From an uncultured Clostridia bacterium (GTDB lineage: Bacteria; Bacillota; Clostridia; TANB77; CAG-508), in contig CAKOTF010000009.1 of assembly GCA_934120045.1 (NCBI GenBank), positions 2,509-66,508 on the forward strand: a DNA stretch of 64,000 nucleotides, written 5' to 3'. The notes beneath the pieces were generated by a model, which worked only from the letters and a program-made list of their open reading frames with translations, did not search any database and was not told where the DNA came from. Positions within the stretch are counted from its first letter, which is position 1, and each line of letters begins with the position of its first letter. The position numbers and the translations under genes are program-made. Shown here piece by piece: positions 26,654 to 36,184 of this stretch.

Positions 26654-27430
26654 TTATATAGCCTTTTCACAAAAATCTAAGCATCTAATTCTATCATCGA
26701 TAAATTTAATTAAAACTTCATTATCAACTTTATTAATAAGCTTTATTTGGAAATCACTTTGCACATAATATGCCAATAAATTTTTAAATATTTCTTCGTT
26801 TTTATATTTTCTTTCTAAATAGCTATTGTATATCTTTACAAACTTTTTTGCTTTTTCTATTTCAAAACCTGATATAAGCATAGCTGATGAGCCAATTTCA
26901 AAAAGTAAATCTCCATATGCCACAAAATCAAAATCTATAAAATGAATTCCATTTTTATTAACAATAATATTATTAGGTCTAATATCTCTATGTATTACCA
27001 GAAATTCATTTGGAAAATATTCACAACCATACTTCTCCAATAGTTCTTTTCTTTTTTCTAAAAGTTTTTCATAAATATTTTTTGCTTCTTGAGATATATT
27101 AGCTTTTTCCAACTCTTTTTTTGATTTATCTATATTTTCTTTTATGGCAATCTTATCACTATATTGTTTTTTATTTTCATATAAACTTTCATCTAATTTT
27201 TCAATTCCTGATGTAAAAAATATAAATTCTTTACTGTTTCCTACATTATGTCTATATTCATATTTTTTTGTTCTTCAATAAATTCTTAGATTGCATAAAA
27301 TTTATCACCATATCTTGTATATAATTCATTATTTTTATTTAATAATACATCTGCTGTTGTTTTTAGGGATTGAAATACAATCTTTTGTGTGCTTAAAGAA
27401 TTTCTGATTTGTTTTTCTTTGTCAACATTA
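26654..27430 (-). pseudogene. Aminoglycoside/choline-kinase-type phosphotransferase (APH family) pseudogene
   Basis: An intact C-terminal half (VIHRDIRPNNIIV, FIDFDFVAYGD) is preceded by N-terminal fragments in at least three frames, each ending in a stop. Confidence 0.65.
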
Positions 27431-27437
27431 TATATTT

Positions 27438-28082
27438 TTACAATTCATAAACAATATCTGCTCTATCACAAACATTTTGTGAATGTGTTACAATTATAAT
27501 ACATTTATTTTCATCTTTAGCAAGATGTTCAAAAATATTTAAAATATCATTTTCTGTATCTTTATCCAAATTTCCTGTTGGCTCATCTGCAATAATTATT
27601 TTGGGCTCATAAGATAAACTTCTTGCAATCGCTATTCTCTGTTGCTCTCCACCTGATAATTTTAATATTTTTCTTTTTGCTTGATCTTCTGATAACCCAA
27701 CACTTTTCATTAAACTTAAAGCCTTTTCTTTTTTATTATTTACTTTAACTTTACTTATATCCATTGAAAGAATAATGTTTTCTATTGCTGTTAAACTTGG
27801 TAATAAATTATAACTTTGAAACACAATTCCAATATCTGTATTTCTATATGTGTCTAAATTCATTTTCTTTAAATCTTTTCCATCATATAAAACCTTTCCG
27901 TCTGTACATTTCTCTAATCCTGTAATAAGTGATAATAATGTTGTTTTTCCGCTTCCACTCTTTCCTTTAATTGCATACATTTTTCCTTGTTCAAACTCAT
28001 AATTAACATTTTTGAAAACATAACTATCTTTTGGAGCATCTTTATATCTGTACCCAACATTTTCTAATTTTAATATACTCAT
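27438..28082 (-). CDS. ABC transporter ATP-binding protein
   Basis: Walker A GKSGSGKTT, signature SGGEQQR, Walker B IIIADEPT. Confidence 0.95.
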   Translation of the reverse strand: MSILKLENVGYRYKDAPKDSYVFKNVNYEFEQGKMYAIKGKSGSGKTTLLSLITGLEKCTDGKVLYDGKDLKKMNLDTYRNTDIGIVFQSYNLLPSLTAIENIILSMDISKVKVNNKKEKALSLMKSVGLSEDQAKRKILKLSGGEQQRIAIARSLSYEPKIIIADEPTGNLDKDTENDILNIFEHLAKDENKCIIIVTHSQNVCDRADIVYEL

Positions 28083-28085
28083 AAA

Positions 28086-29639
28086 TTATGACCTCTCTTT
28101 CAATATAGTTAGTGGTGAAAATCTTTGAATACTTATCATTGATGCCAAACTACTTACTAACATTAATGCTAATCCTATTCCTAATAATTGTGCCACAACT
28201 GTAATATCAACAACTGCATTAATTGTATCTATTGTTTGAACATTAACTGTTCCTCCAAAATTCATATCCATTGGTTCACCTTTACCAAAATTATTTGATA
28301 TTTGTTCTGTATCTTCTTGAACAGATTGTATTTCATTTTCTAATAACATATTCCCAACAGGTTTAGCCAAAAATGATCCACACACAGCTCCAATTCCTAA
28401 CATTACAACACTTACTATTAAAATTTCTAATGCAAATTGAAGTGTTAATTTGAATTTACTTACACCAATTGTTCTAAATACTCCAATTTCATATTTTCTT
28501 TCTCTAATGTTTATCATATTTATTACAAATAGTACTACTGCTGATATTGCTAACATTATTAATAAAAATGTTGTTGCAAATGTTTTTACATTTTCTATAG
28601 ATTTTGTTGCACTTTCTAATTCTTCTACATTTGTATTTAATGTGTAATATTCACTTAAACCTTTTTCTTTTATTTCTGTTGTAAATTTTTCTACTGAATC
28701 TTTATCTTTTAAAATAAATGTTGGTGTAATTGTTGTTACTAATGTACTATCATCTACAACTAAATTTTCTATTACTTTACTTCCTGTTATTATTTTATTT
28801 GCTGATTTTGAATACATACTTGATGAATCATTTGAATCTGAATTGTCTTTATAAATTCCTTTTACAACAAATTCATAAGTTGCTTCTGTATTTGGATTTT
28901 TTAATGTTATTGTTTGACCGACTGTTATTTCATTTAATGTTGCAAGTTCTGAACTTATAACACATTCTTGACTTTCAAAATCTGATATAATTTCTCCGTC
29001 TGTTATTTGATATGTTCCATTTACAAATTCTGTCATTGCATCATAAGAAGAATATCCATCTAATTCAAAATCGCCTGTTAAATTTTTTGAACTTTCAAAT
29101 TTTTCTTTTGATTTTGTGATTATTGTTGTTGTATTATTATTTGTTATTGTATGTCTATCTTCTCCACCTCCTGGTCCTCTTCCAATTCCGTTACTATTTC
29201 CTCCTGTTGTTGTACTTGTAGAAGTTGTTGTTGTTTCTCTATCTTCAACTTCATATTCAAAAGAGTCTGTTGCTTTTGTTAAAGTATCACTATTTAAAGA
29301 TGTTGCATATAAATAATAATATCCTTTTAAATATTCGCTATCTCCATAATTTTTTACATCATCTAAAGTAATTGATTCTATATTGTTAAATGCTTCTATA
29401 TTACTTTTTTGTGCATCTTCTCCACCTTTAAAGTTATTTGATAATTGTCCCCTATCAAATGAAATCGTTCCTGTTATGTCATGTGATTCTTCATAATCTT
29501 TTACAAGGTTATTTGCTGTGTTTCTTATTGCCAATGTTACTGTTGATGCACATGCTATAACTAAAATAATTATACCTATTAAGATATTCCTTCCTTTGTT
29601 TCTTGCGATTGAAATTAAACTGTTTTTTAAAATATACAT
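28086..29639 (-). CDS. FtsX-family ABC transporter permease with a large extracellular domain and a Thr/Gly-rich low-complexity insert
   Basis: N-terminal TM segment, about 340 aa of external domain (TTTSTSTTTGGNSNG...), and a C-terminal FtsX four-helix block. Confidence 0.85.
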   Translation of the reverse strand: MYILKNSLISIARNKGRNILIGIIILVIACASTVTLAIRNTANNLVKDYEESHDITGTISFDRGQLSNNFKGGEDAQKSNIEAFNNIESITLDDVKNYGDSEYLKGYYYLYATSLNSDTLTKATDSFEYEVEDRETTTTSTSTTTGGNSNGIGRGPGGGEDRHTITNNNTTTIITKSKEKFESSKNLTGDFELDGYSSYDAMTEFVNGTYQITDGEIISDFESQECVISSELATLNEITVGQTITLKNPNTEATYEFVVKGIYKDNSDSNDSSSMYSKSANKIITGSKVIENLVVDDSTLVTTITPTFILKDKDSVEKFTTEIKEKGLSEYYTLNTNVEELESATKSIENVKTFATTFLLIMLAISAVVLFVINMINIRERKYEIGVFRTIGVSKFKLTLQFALEILIVSVVMLGIGAVCGSFLAKPVGNMLLENEIQSVQEDTEQISNNFGKGEPMDMNFGGTVNVQTIDTINAVVDITVVAQLLGIGLALMLVSSLASMISIQRFSPLTILKERS

Positions 29640-29695
29640 TTTTCACATTCCTTTCTTTTGAAGCTTTATTTTGCCTTGCTCCTTAATCTTGTTTT

Positions 29696-29728
29696 AATAT
29701 AATACATGAAGATTGAAGAATTATTGAA
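29696..29728 (-). promoter_or_regulatory. Direct repeat TTCAAT-N5-TTCAAT placed 10 nt upstream of a TATATT -10; predicted binding site of the adjacent response regulator
   Basis: Repeats at 29712-29717 and 29723-29728. The geometry is identical at 31690-31722. Confidence 0.5.
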
Positions 29729-29771
29729 AAAAAACATCTTAATGTAGAAAATTTTTTCTAACATTTAGATG
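29727..29771 (-). terminator. Terminator after the histidine kinase gene
   Basis: CATCTAAATGTTAGAAAA/TTTTCTACATTAAGATG imperfect hairpin followed by T8 on the minus strand. Confidence 0.6.
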
Positions 29772-29813
29772 CTTTCTCTTATACTAATGTAAGTTTATTA
29801 AAAACTCAATTTA

Positions 29814-31001
29814 TTAAATTTGTAAATTAACTTTAAAGATTGTAAATCCATCTTTATATAATACTTTAATATTTCCATTATATTTTTTCACAGTTGATTT
29901 TGCTATTGCAAGACCTAAACCATATCTTTTTTCATTTCTATTTCTTGACTTATCTATACGATAAAATCTTTCAAATATTTTTTCTCTTTCTTTTTCTGGT
30001 ATTTCTTTTCCTTCGTTTTTTACCTGAATTATTAATTCATTCTTTTCTTTAGATAATTCAACAATAACTTCATTTCCTGATTCTGTATGTTTTATTGCAT
30101 TATCTATTAATGTTGATAATATATGTTCTATGTCTTCTTTATTTCCATTTACCATAATGTTTTCTTGAATTTTACTGCTTAATTTTACATTTCTCTCATA
30201 GGCCATACTTTCAAACATTGAAATTGTCATTTCTGTTTCTTTTGAAACATCAAATATTTTTCTTTCTTGTATATTATCAACATTTTCAATTTTAGTAAGT
30301 AATAATAATTCATTTATTAATTTATCCATACTTTGTATTTCATTTTGAATGTAATCCATCCATTTATTTTTACCAACTTCACCTTCTAATACATCTGCAT
30401 TTGCTTCTATTACTGCAAGTGGTGTTTTTAGTTCATGTGATGCATCTGATATAAATTGTTTTTGTTTTTCAAATGTTTCTTCTACAGGTTGTACTATAAA
30501 TTTCGATATTTTTTTTGCTATTATATATATGATTATTAATGATACTCCTGAGATTATAATTGCTGTTATTATTATCTTTTGTGAATGTGAAATTGCTTCT
30601 TCATTTTCTATTAACATTACATTTATTTGATTTCCTTTTATTCTTCTTACTTTATAAATGTAATTTCCTATGATTCCACTTTCATTATGTTTTTTACTTA
30701 CTTTTAATGCATATTCTTCTATTATTTTGTCTTGAACTATATTTGGATTTGAGATAACATGTGAGTCTTCTATTTGTACATAATAAACACCTTCAATAGT
30801 GGGCTTATCTACTTCAATTTCCTTATTTCCATCTACATTCTTTTTTATATCTCTATTTGTAAATCTGTCCATCATTATTGTTGCTGTGTTTATTGTATTT
30901 CTGTAATTTAAAATCGTGAATAATAGTATTATTCCAACAACAATTATACTTAAAGCTATTGTGATAATCCAACATATTCTTTTACTTAATTTTTTTATCA
31001 T
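29814..31001 (-). CDS. Sensor histidine kinase with an extracellular loop of about 120 aa
   Basis: H-box SHELKTPLAVI, N-box LIDNAIKHT, G-box YGLGLAIAK. Start re-called to MIKKLSK behind a GGAGG SD. Confidence 0.9.
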   Translation of the reverse strand: MIKKLSKRICWIITIALSIIVVGIILLFTILNYRNTINTATIMMDRFTNRDIKKNVDGNKEIEVDKPTIEGVYYVQIEDSHVISNPNIVQDKIIEEYALKVSKKHNESGIIGNYIYKVRRIKGNQINVMLIENEEAISHSQKIIITAIIISGVSLIIIYIIAKKISKFIVQPVEETFEKQKQFISDASHELKTPLAVIEANADVLEGEVGKNKWMDYIQNEIQSMDKLINELLLLTKIENVDNIQERKIFDVSKETEMTISMFESMAYERNVKLSSKIQENIMVNGNKEDIEHILSTLIDNAIKHTESGNEVIVELSKEKNELIIQVKNEGKEIPEKEREKIFERFYRIDKSRNRNEKRYGLGLAIAKSTVKKYNGNIKVLYKDGFTIFKVNLQI

Positions 31002-31674
31002 TCTCTGCCTCCAATTTATATCCAATTCCTCTAATAGCTTTAATCTTTACATTAGATTTTATAAGTTTTAATTTTTTTCTTAAAAATGACATATATACTT
31101 CTACATTATTATATTCAGTCTCACTATCATATCCCCAAATTTTATTTGCTAAAATTTCTCTATTAACTATTTGGGTTTTATTTAACAATAATGTTTCTAG
31201 TAAATCTAGTTCCTTTCCGTTTATTGATATTTCATTAACATTTGCACTCATTTTTCCAGTTCTTATATCTAATTTTAAATCATCATATTCTAAAATATCT
31301 GTATTTTCAATATTTACTTTTCTTTTTAATACTACTTTTACTCTTGCTACTAGTTCTTTAATATGAAATGGTTTTGTTATATAATCATCTGCACCATTTT
31401 CTAGTCCATTTAATTTGTCATTTATTTCTGATTTTGCTGTTAAGATTATAATTGGTGTATCTACTTTTTCTTTTCTTAAATCATTTAATATTTTGAAACC
31501 ATCTTTATTGGGCAACATTATGTCTAAAAGTATTAAATCATATACATTTGTTAATGCTTCGTTTTCTCCTTCTTCTCCATCTGTTATTATATTTGTTGTA
31601 AAGTTTTCTTTTTTTAGAGTTTCTGCTATTGCATCTGCTAAACTGTATTCGTCTTCTATTATTAATATTTTCAT
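30982..31674 (-). CDS. OmpR/PhoB-family response regulator
   Basis: ILIIEDE, LLDIMLPNKDG, GADDYITKPF, and C-terminal RGIGYKL. Confidence 0.9.
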   Translation of the reverse strand: MKILIIEDEYSLADAIAETLKKENFTTNIITDGEEGENEALTNVYDLILLDIMLPNKDGFKILNDLRKEKVDTPIIILTAKSEINDKLNGLENGADDYITKPFHIKELVARVKVVLKRKVNIENTDILEYDDLKLDIRTGKMSANVNEISINGKELDLLETLLLNKTQIVNREILANKIWGYDSETEYNNVEVYMSFLRKKLKLIKSNVKIKAIRGIGYKLEAENDKKIK

Positions 31675-31689
31675 TTTATCACCATTCTT

Positions 31690-31722
31690 ATTTTAATATT
31701 TGAATATTGAAGTTTTATTGAA
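31690..31722 (-). promoter_or_regulatory. Second TTCAAT-N5-TTCAAT direct repeat, 10 nt upstream of a TAAAAT -10, in front of the regulator-kinase operon
   Basis: Repeats at 31706-31711 and 31717-31722. Confidence 0.5.
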
Positions 31723-32239
31723 AATTGTTTATCTTTAATTCTTTGTATAAATCAATAAAATACCCCAACCATTCAAAACATTCTCCTTTTTGAATCATAT
31801 CTTTAAGAACTTCTATTGTAACATACTTTGCATCAATTACTTCTCCATCATTAAATTTTAATTCATTTATATTAATATCTTTTTTTATAACATATACATC
31901 TCTAAATACATTATGCCTATCACTTTTGTCTATTTTTTCTTTTATAAATTTCAATTCCCTTTCAGAAATATTTATTCCAATTTCTTCATTAAGTTCTCTT
32001 TTAGTTGCTTGTATACTATTTTCACCACTTTGTACTAATCCACCTGTTGGCTCCCACATTCCTCCATGAACTTTATCTAACTTTCTTCTTGTTAATAATA
32101 TTTCGCCTTTTGCATTTATTATCCAACATTGAATTGCTAAAATGTAGTCGCATTTATCAAGTATGGCATTTTCATTTCTTTCTATAATTTTACCTGTTTT
32201 TATTCTCTTATAATTATATACATCTAATTTTTCACTCAT
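31715..32239 (-). CDS. NUDIX hydrolase
   Basis: Nudix box GGLVQSGENSIQATKRELNEEIG. Confidence 0.85.
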   Translation of the reverse strand: MSEKLDVYNYKRIKTGKIIERNENAILDKCDYILAIQCWIINAKGEILLTRRKLDKVHGGMWEPTGGLVQSGENSIQATKRELNEEIGINISERELKFIKEKIDKSDRHNVFRDVYVIKKDININELKFNDGEVIDAKYVTIEVLKDMIQKGECFEWLGYFIDLYKELKINNFQ

Positions 32240-32261
32240 TATATATCATCACCTCATTATT

Positions 32262-32720
32262 TTATCTTTCAACTTCTTTTTCCATAAGTTTTTGTAATAT
32301 TTCTCTTATATATTCTGGCTTTTTATGTTCAATTATTTCTAAATCTTCACTTATTGAAATATCTGGAACATATATTCCATATTTCAAATTAATAAATTCA
32401 GCTAAAACATGTCTATGACAGAATTGTCCTTCTTTTTCATAACACAATAAAATCGGATCTTTCTCATCTTTTAATACTTCTTCTATATCTATTTGGGATA
32501 ATACTTGTTTATAATATTCTTCTATATAATATCTGTTATTTTGTTCTTCTGGTATTTTCCCTATGTTATTATGCCATATTTCCCAAAACTTTCTTTTTGG
32601 TGCTAATTGTGGTATTGATTTTCCTGTAAATCCAACACTTTTTCCTCTATCACCTGAAATTGAAATTAAGTTTCCAATTTTACATTCTTCATAATTTCCA
32701 GTAAATATTCTTTTTTTCAT
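32262..32720 (-). CDS. DUF488 family protein
   Basis: LLCYEKEGQFCHRHVLAEFI is the DUF488 signature. Start re-called to MKKRIFTG. Confidence 0.7.
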   Translation of the reverse strand: MKKRIFTGNYEECKIGNLISISGDRGKSVGFTGKSIPQLAPKRKFWEIWHNNIGKIPEEQNNRYYIEEYYKQVLSQIDIEEVLKDEKDPILLCYEKEGQFCHRHVLAEFINLKYGIYVPDISISEDLEIIEHKKPEYIREILQKLMEKEVER

Positions 32721-32796
32721 ATAATTAATTACCCCTTTAATTTTACAAAACAAGTGAAAGCAATGCTCTCACTTGTTTTTAGATTATTCAATTTTT

Positions 32797-33444
32797 TTAC
32801 AACATAGCTTCATAGAAACTCATTCCATCATCAGCCATCACTACAATAAATGGAATAGAAAGTCCAAATATAATACTAGCAACAAAACGATAAAATATGC
32901 TAATTGGAAATGTATTTATTGCAATTATAGCAAAAATAATTGATAAAAAATCAATAAGTGCTATTGGCTTATATGGAATTTTATCAAAAATTCTTACTAA
33001 TAATGTGTGTGCATATCTTTTTTTCCATGTAACCAATGTGTTTTCAAAATCATCAATTTTTTCCATTAATATAAATGATACAAATCCACATATTGTAGCT
33101 CCAATAATCAGTAATATATAACATGGTACTTTAGCAAGAATTGCTCCTATTGCCAATACTATATTTACAATTCTATATGTATTAGTAAAAATTTCTTCTT
33201 TAGGGTCTAATTCCCACAAAGAACTTAAATATCCTAATATATACATACTCAAAATGTGGTATATTGTAAATGTTATATATCCTAAGATTTTTTGAGGATC
33301 AATTTGATACAAAATTCTTAAACCACAGATTAATGCTTGAATATAAAATACTTGTGCAATAAGCTCTTCTTCAATTCCAGATGAGGCATACCATTTCAAG
33401 CCAAAATAGTATTTCCGCATTAAGAAATCAAATAACCTTTTCAT
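32797..33444 (-). CDS. Hypothetical polytopic membrane protein
   Basis: 215 aa with about 6 hydrophobic helices and a GGAGG SD. No family recognised. Confidence 0.5.
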   Translation of the reverse strand: MKRLFDFLMRKYYFGLKWYASSGIEEELIAQVFYIQALICGLRILYQIDPQKILGYITFTIYHILSMYILGYLSSLWELDPKEEIFTNTYRIVNIVLAIGAILAKVPCYILLIIGATICGFVSFILMEKIDDFENTLVTWKKRYAHTLLVRIFDKIPYKPIALIDFLSIIFAIIAINTFPISIFYRFVASIIFGLSIPFIVVMADDGMSFYEAML

Positions 33445-33483
33445 AATTTTGCCTCCTTAAACATTTGTTAATAGGATTTGTTA

Positions 33484-33510
33484 TATAATTTCCTTTTAAA
33501 GGAAATTATA
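33484..33510. promoter_or_regulatory. Perfect 13-1-13 palindrome TATAATTTCCTTT-T-AAAGGAAATTATA upstream of the membrane-protein gene; candidate operator
   Basis: Read directly. It lies 40-66 nt upstream of the start at 33444. Confidence 0.35.
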
Positions 33511-33557
33511 AGTTTAATGCTTGAATTATATCATAAAAATAAGCAGTTTTCAACTGC

Positions 33558-35555
33558 TTATTTTATCAAATTTTTTACCATGTCACATATCAAATTAACA
33601 GCATTATCAATTCCAATTGCATCACTATTAATACAAATATCATAATTTGATGGTTCTTTCCAATCTTTTTCTGTATAATATTTATAATGATTTGCTCTTA
33701 ATTTATTTATTCTAGAGATTTCTTTTTCTGCCTTTTCTTTATTCATATGATAAAATTCTGTTGCTCTTTTAACTTTATTTTCCATTGAATTGTTTATAAA
33801 GATTTTTATTGTATTTTTATTATCTTTCAAAATAAAGTCTGCACATCTTCCAACTATTATACATGATTCTTCACTAGCAACTTTCTTTATAAATTCTGAT
33901 TCTTTAATAAATAATTCATCTGCATTGTTTAATCCTGAATAATATCCATTATTAAATACATCTAGTACATTTCTTTTTTGCTCATTTTCTTCGATATATT
34001 CTTCAGATAACCCTGTATCTTCTGCCATCTTTTCTATAAAATTTTTATCATATAATTTTATTCCAAGTTTTTCAGCAACAAGTTTTCCTATATATCTTCC
34101 GCCAGATCCATATTCTCTTGCAATTGTGATTATAACTGGTGTACTTAGATTTTTTTCTTCAATTGTTTTGATATTAGATATTTTTTCTTCACCAGATTTT
34201 CCTTCTTTTAAGCTTCTTATTTCTTTTGCCAACAAAACAACTGCTAATATAAATGCTAATCCATCAGCAACTGGGCCTGCACTTAATACTCCCATTATTC
34301 CATATATATGGCTTAATATTATCATTGATGGTATTAATATAACAATTTGTCTTGAAAGTGATAATATTGCACTCTTTGTACTCTTTCCAATTGCTTGGAA
34401 GAATATTCCTGATGGTATTTGAACACCATTAAATATGCAAAGTAATAAATATGTTCTAAATGCCAAACATGCAAATTCCATATAATTTTCATCACCACTA
34501 CCAAATATTAATATTAATTTATCTGGTATTGTTTGGAATAATATGAATGCTATTGCACTTATAACAACACTTGAACCTAATACAATTTTTAAAGTTTTCT
34601 TTACTCTATCATATTTCTTAGCACCATAATTATATCCTAGTATTGGTTGACTTCCTGCTGCAATTCCTATTATTATACTATTTAATATTTGATTTATTTT
34701 CATTACAATTCCTAATACTGTAATAGGAATTTCTGCACCATATTTACTATCTGCTCCATATTTTCCAAGTAAATTATTTTCAGCTGTCATAACACATACT
34801 ATACTCATTTGTGTTATAAAACTACTGATTCCAAGCATCACAATTTTCTTGCATACATTTACTTTTAATTTTAAAGATTCTTTTGTTAATTTTATTGATT
34901 TGAATTTTTTTACATAAGCAACATTTAATATAAATGTTAATATTTGACTAATTACTGTTGCTATTGCTGCTCCTTCAACACCTTTGTGAAACACAAATAT
35001 AAATATTGGATCTAATATTGTGTTTAATATAGCTCCTGAAACCATACTAAACATTGAATATTTTGGACTTCCATCTGCTCTAATTATTGAGTTTAATGTT
35101 GTTCCTATCATTGAAAAAGGAAATCCTATTGCTATTATACTTCCATAAGCCATTGCATAACTTTTTAGATTTTCTGTACATCCGAATATTTTTAAAAATT
35201 GAGGTAAAAATATTAATGTTATTACACAAAATAATATTGAAACAATTGTTGATAACATTATTCCATTACCAATTCCTGTTTCTGCTTCTTTTTTCTTTTT
35301 CTCTCCAAGTTTTAAACTTAAATATGCTGATGCTCCATCTCCAAACATTAATGAAAATGCTAATCCTATCATTACTAATGGGAATACTACATTTGTTGCT
35401 CCATTTCCTAAATATCCAACACCTTGTCCAATAAATATTTGGTCAACTATATTATATAATGAGTTTACCAACATTGATATTATACAAGGTATTGAAAATT
35501 TTCTAATTAATTTTCCTATTTTTTCTTTTCCTAGTATGTTTTCTTCTTGTTCCAT
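33558..35555 (-). CDS. MATE-family efflux transporter fused to a C-terminal cytidylate-kinase-like (Cytidylate_kin2) domain
   Basis: About 450 aa of 12-TM MATE core, then IITIAREYGSGGRYIGKLVAEKLGIKLYDKNFI... Single uninterrupted ORF. Start re-called to MEQEENIL. Confidence 0.85.
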   Translation of the reverse strand: MEQEENILGKEKIGKLIRKFSIPCIISMLVNSLYNIVDQIFIGQGVGYLGNGATNVVFPLVMIGLAFSLMFGDGASAYLSLKLGEKKKKEAETGIGNGIMLSTIVSILFCVITLIFLPQFLKIFGCTENLKSYAMAYGSIIAIGFPFSMIGTTLNSIIRADGSPKYSMFSMVSGAILNTILDPIFIFVFHKGVEGAAIATVISQILTFILNVAYVKKFKSIKLTKESLKLKVNVCKKIVMLGISSFITQMSIVCVMTAENNLLGKYGADSKYGAEIPITVLGIVMKINQILNSIIIGIAAGSQPILGYNYGAKKYDRVKKTLKIVLGSSVVISAIAFILFQTIPDKLILIFGSGDENYMEFACLAFRTYLLLCIFNGVQIPSGIFFQAIGKSTKSAILSLSRQIVILIPSMIILSHIYGIMGVLSAGPVADGLAFILAVVLLAKEIRSLKEGKSGEEKISNIKTIEEKNLSTPVIITIAREYGSGGRYIGKLVAEKLGIKLYDKNFIEKMAEDTGLSEEYIEENEQKRNVLDVFNNGYYSGLNNADELFIKESEFIKKVASEESCIIVGRCADFILKDNKNTIKIFINNSMENKVKRATEFYHMNKEKAEKEISRINKLRANHYKYYTEKDWKEPSNYDICINSDAIGIDNAVNLICDMVKNLIK

Positions 35556-35719
35556 TTTTCTCCCTCTTTCTTTTTCTCTTACTGGCTTTTTTGCCAACCT
35601 ATCTATTATATCGTTATTGAAATAATTTGTCAATTATATAAATTGTTTTTTTTAAAAAAATATCCCTGAAGAAAATATATTGTACTTTCTTCAAGGACTC
35701 TCAAAAATTCCAAATTATG

Positions 35720-36067
35720 TTATTTACAAATTTTAGGAATTTTAATTACACTCATAATCTCTTCAAGTTTCGAATAGGTAATTCCATTCCTAAAAGGAAT
35801 TTCTTCAAACACTTCTTCAAGCTTTTCGAAAAAATTTGCATAATTTTCAGATTGCATTCGTTCATGTGCTTCTTCAAAGCTAATACTTGCAATATATTCC
35901 AAAACCTTAGAATATGCAAATGTAATACTTTGAAATAACTTACATACGTCTGATTTGCAAAACTTTCCCTCAGGATCACTTTGCCATTCCAAAAATTCAA
36001 TTTCTTGTACATAATCCGGATTTTCTTTAGTATACGAACACCATTCAATCTGATTAATGTTCATCAT
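35720..36067 (-). CDS. Hypothetical acidic cytoplasmic protein
   Basis: GGAGGG SD and a flanking terminator at about 35663-35697. No motif recognised. Confidence 0.45.
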   Translation of the reverse strand: MMNINQIEWCSYTKENPDYVQEIEFLEWQSDPEGKFCKSDVCKLFQSITFAYSKVLEYIASISFEEAHERMQSENYANFFEKLEEVFEEIPFRNGITYSKLEEIMSVIKIPKICK

Positions 36068-36102
36068 TCCCTCCAATAATTATTTGTTGTGTTTGTTTTC
36101 GG

Positions 36103-36138
36103 ACATGTCTTAAAGGGATATCTAATGTTAAGACATGT
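36103..36138 (-). other. 11-bp perfect inverted repeat ACATGTCTTAA-N14-TTAAGACATGT in the leader of the 35720-36067 ORF
   Basis: Read directly. It lies downstream of a TGCTAAAAT extended -10. Confidence 0.35.
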
Positions 36139-36184
36139 TGTATTTTAGCACATATAATTTTAAATTTCAAGCAAATCATTTATA

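Noticed and set aside
35717-36048. Track ORFs 35717-35938 (+) and 35752-36048 (-), which overlap the 35720-36067 ORF in other frames.
   Set aside because: Only the 118-aa frame has an SD (GGAGGG) and a non-degenerate composition. The others are K/L/F-rich and lack initiation signals.
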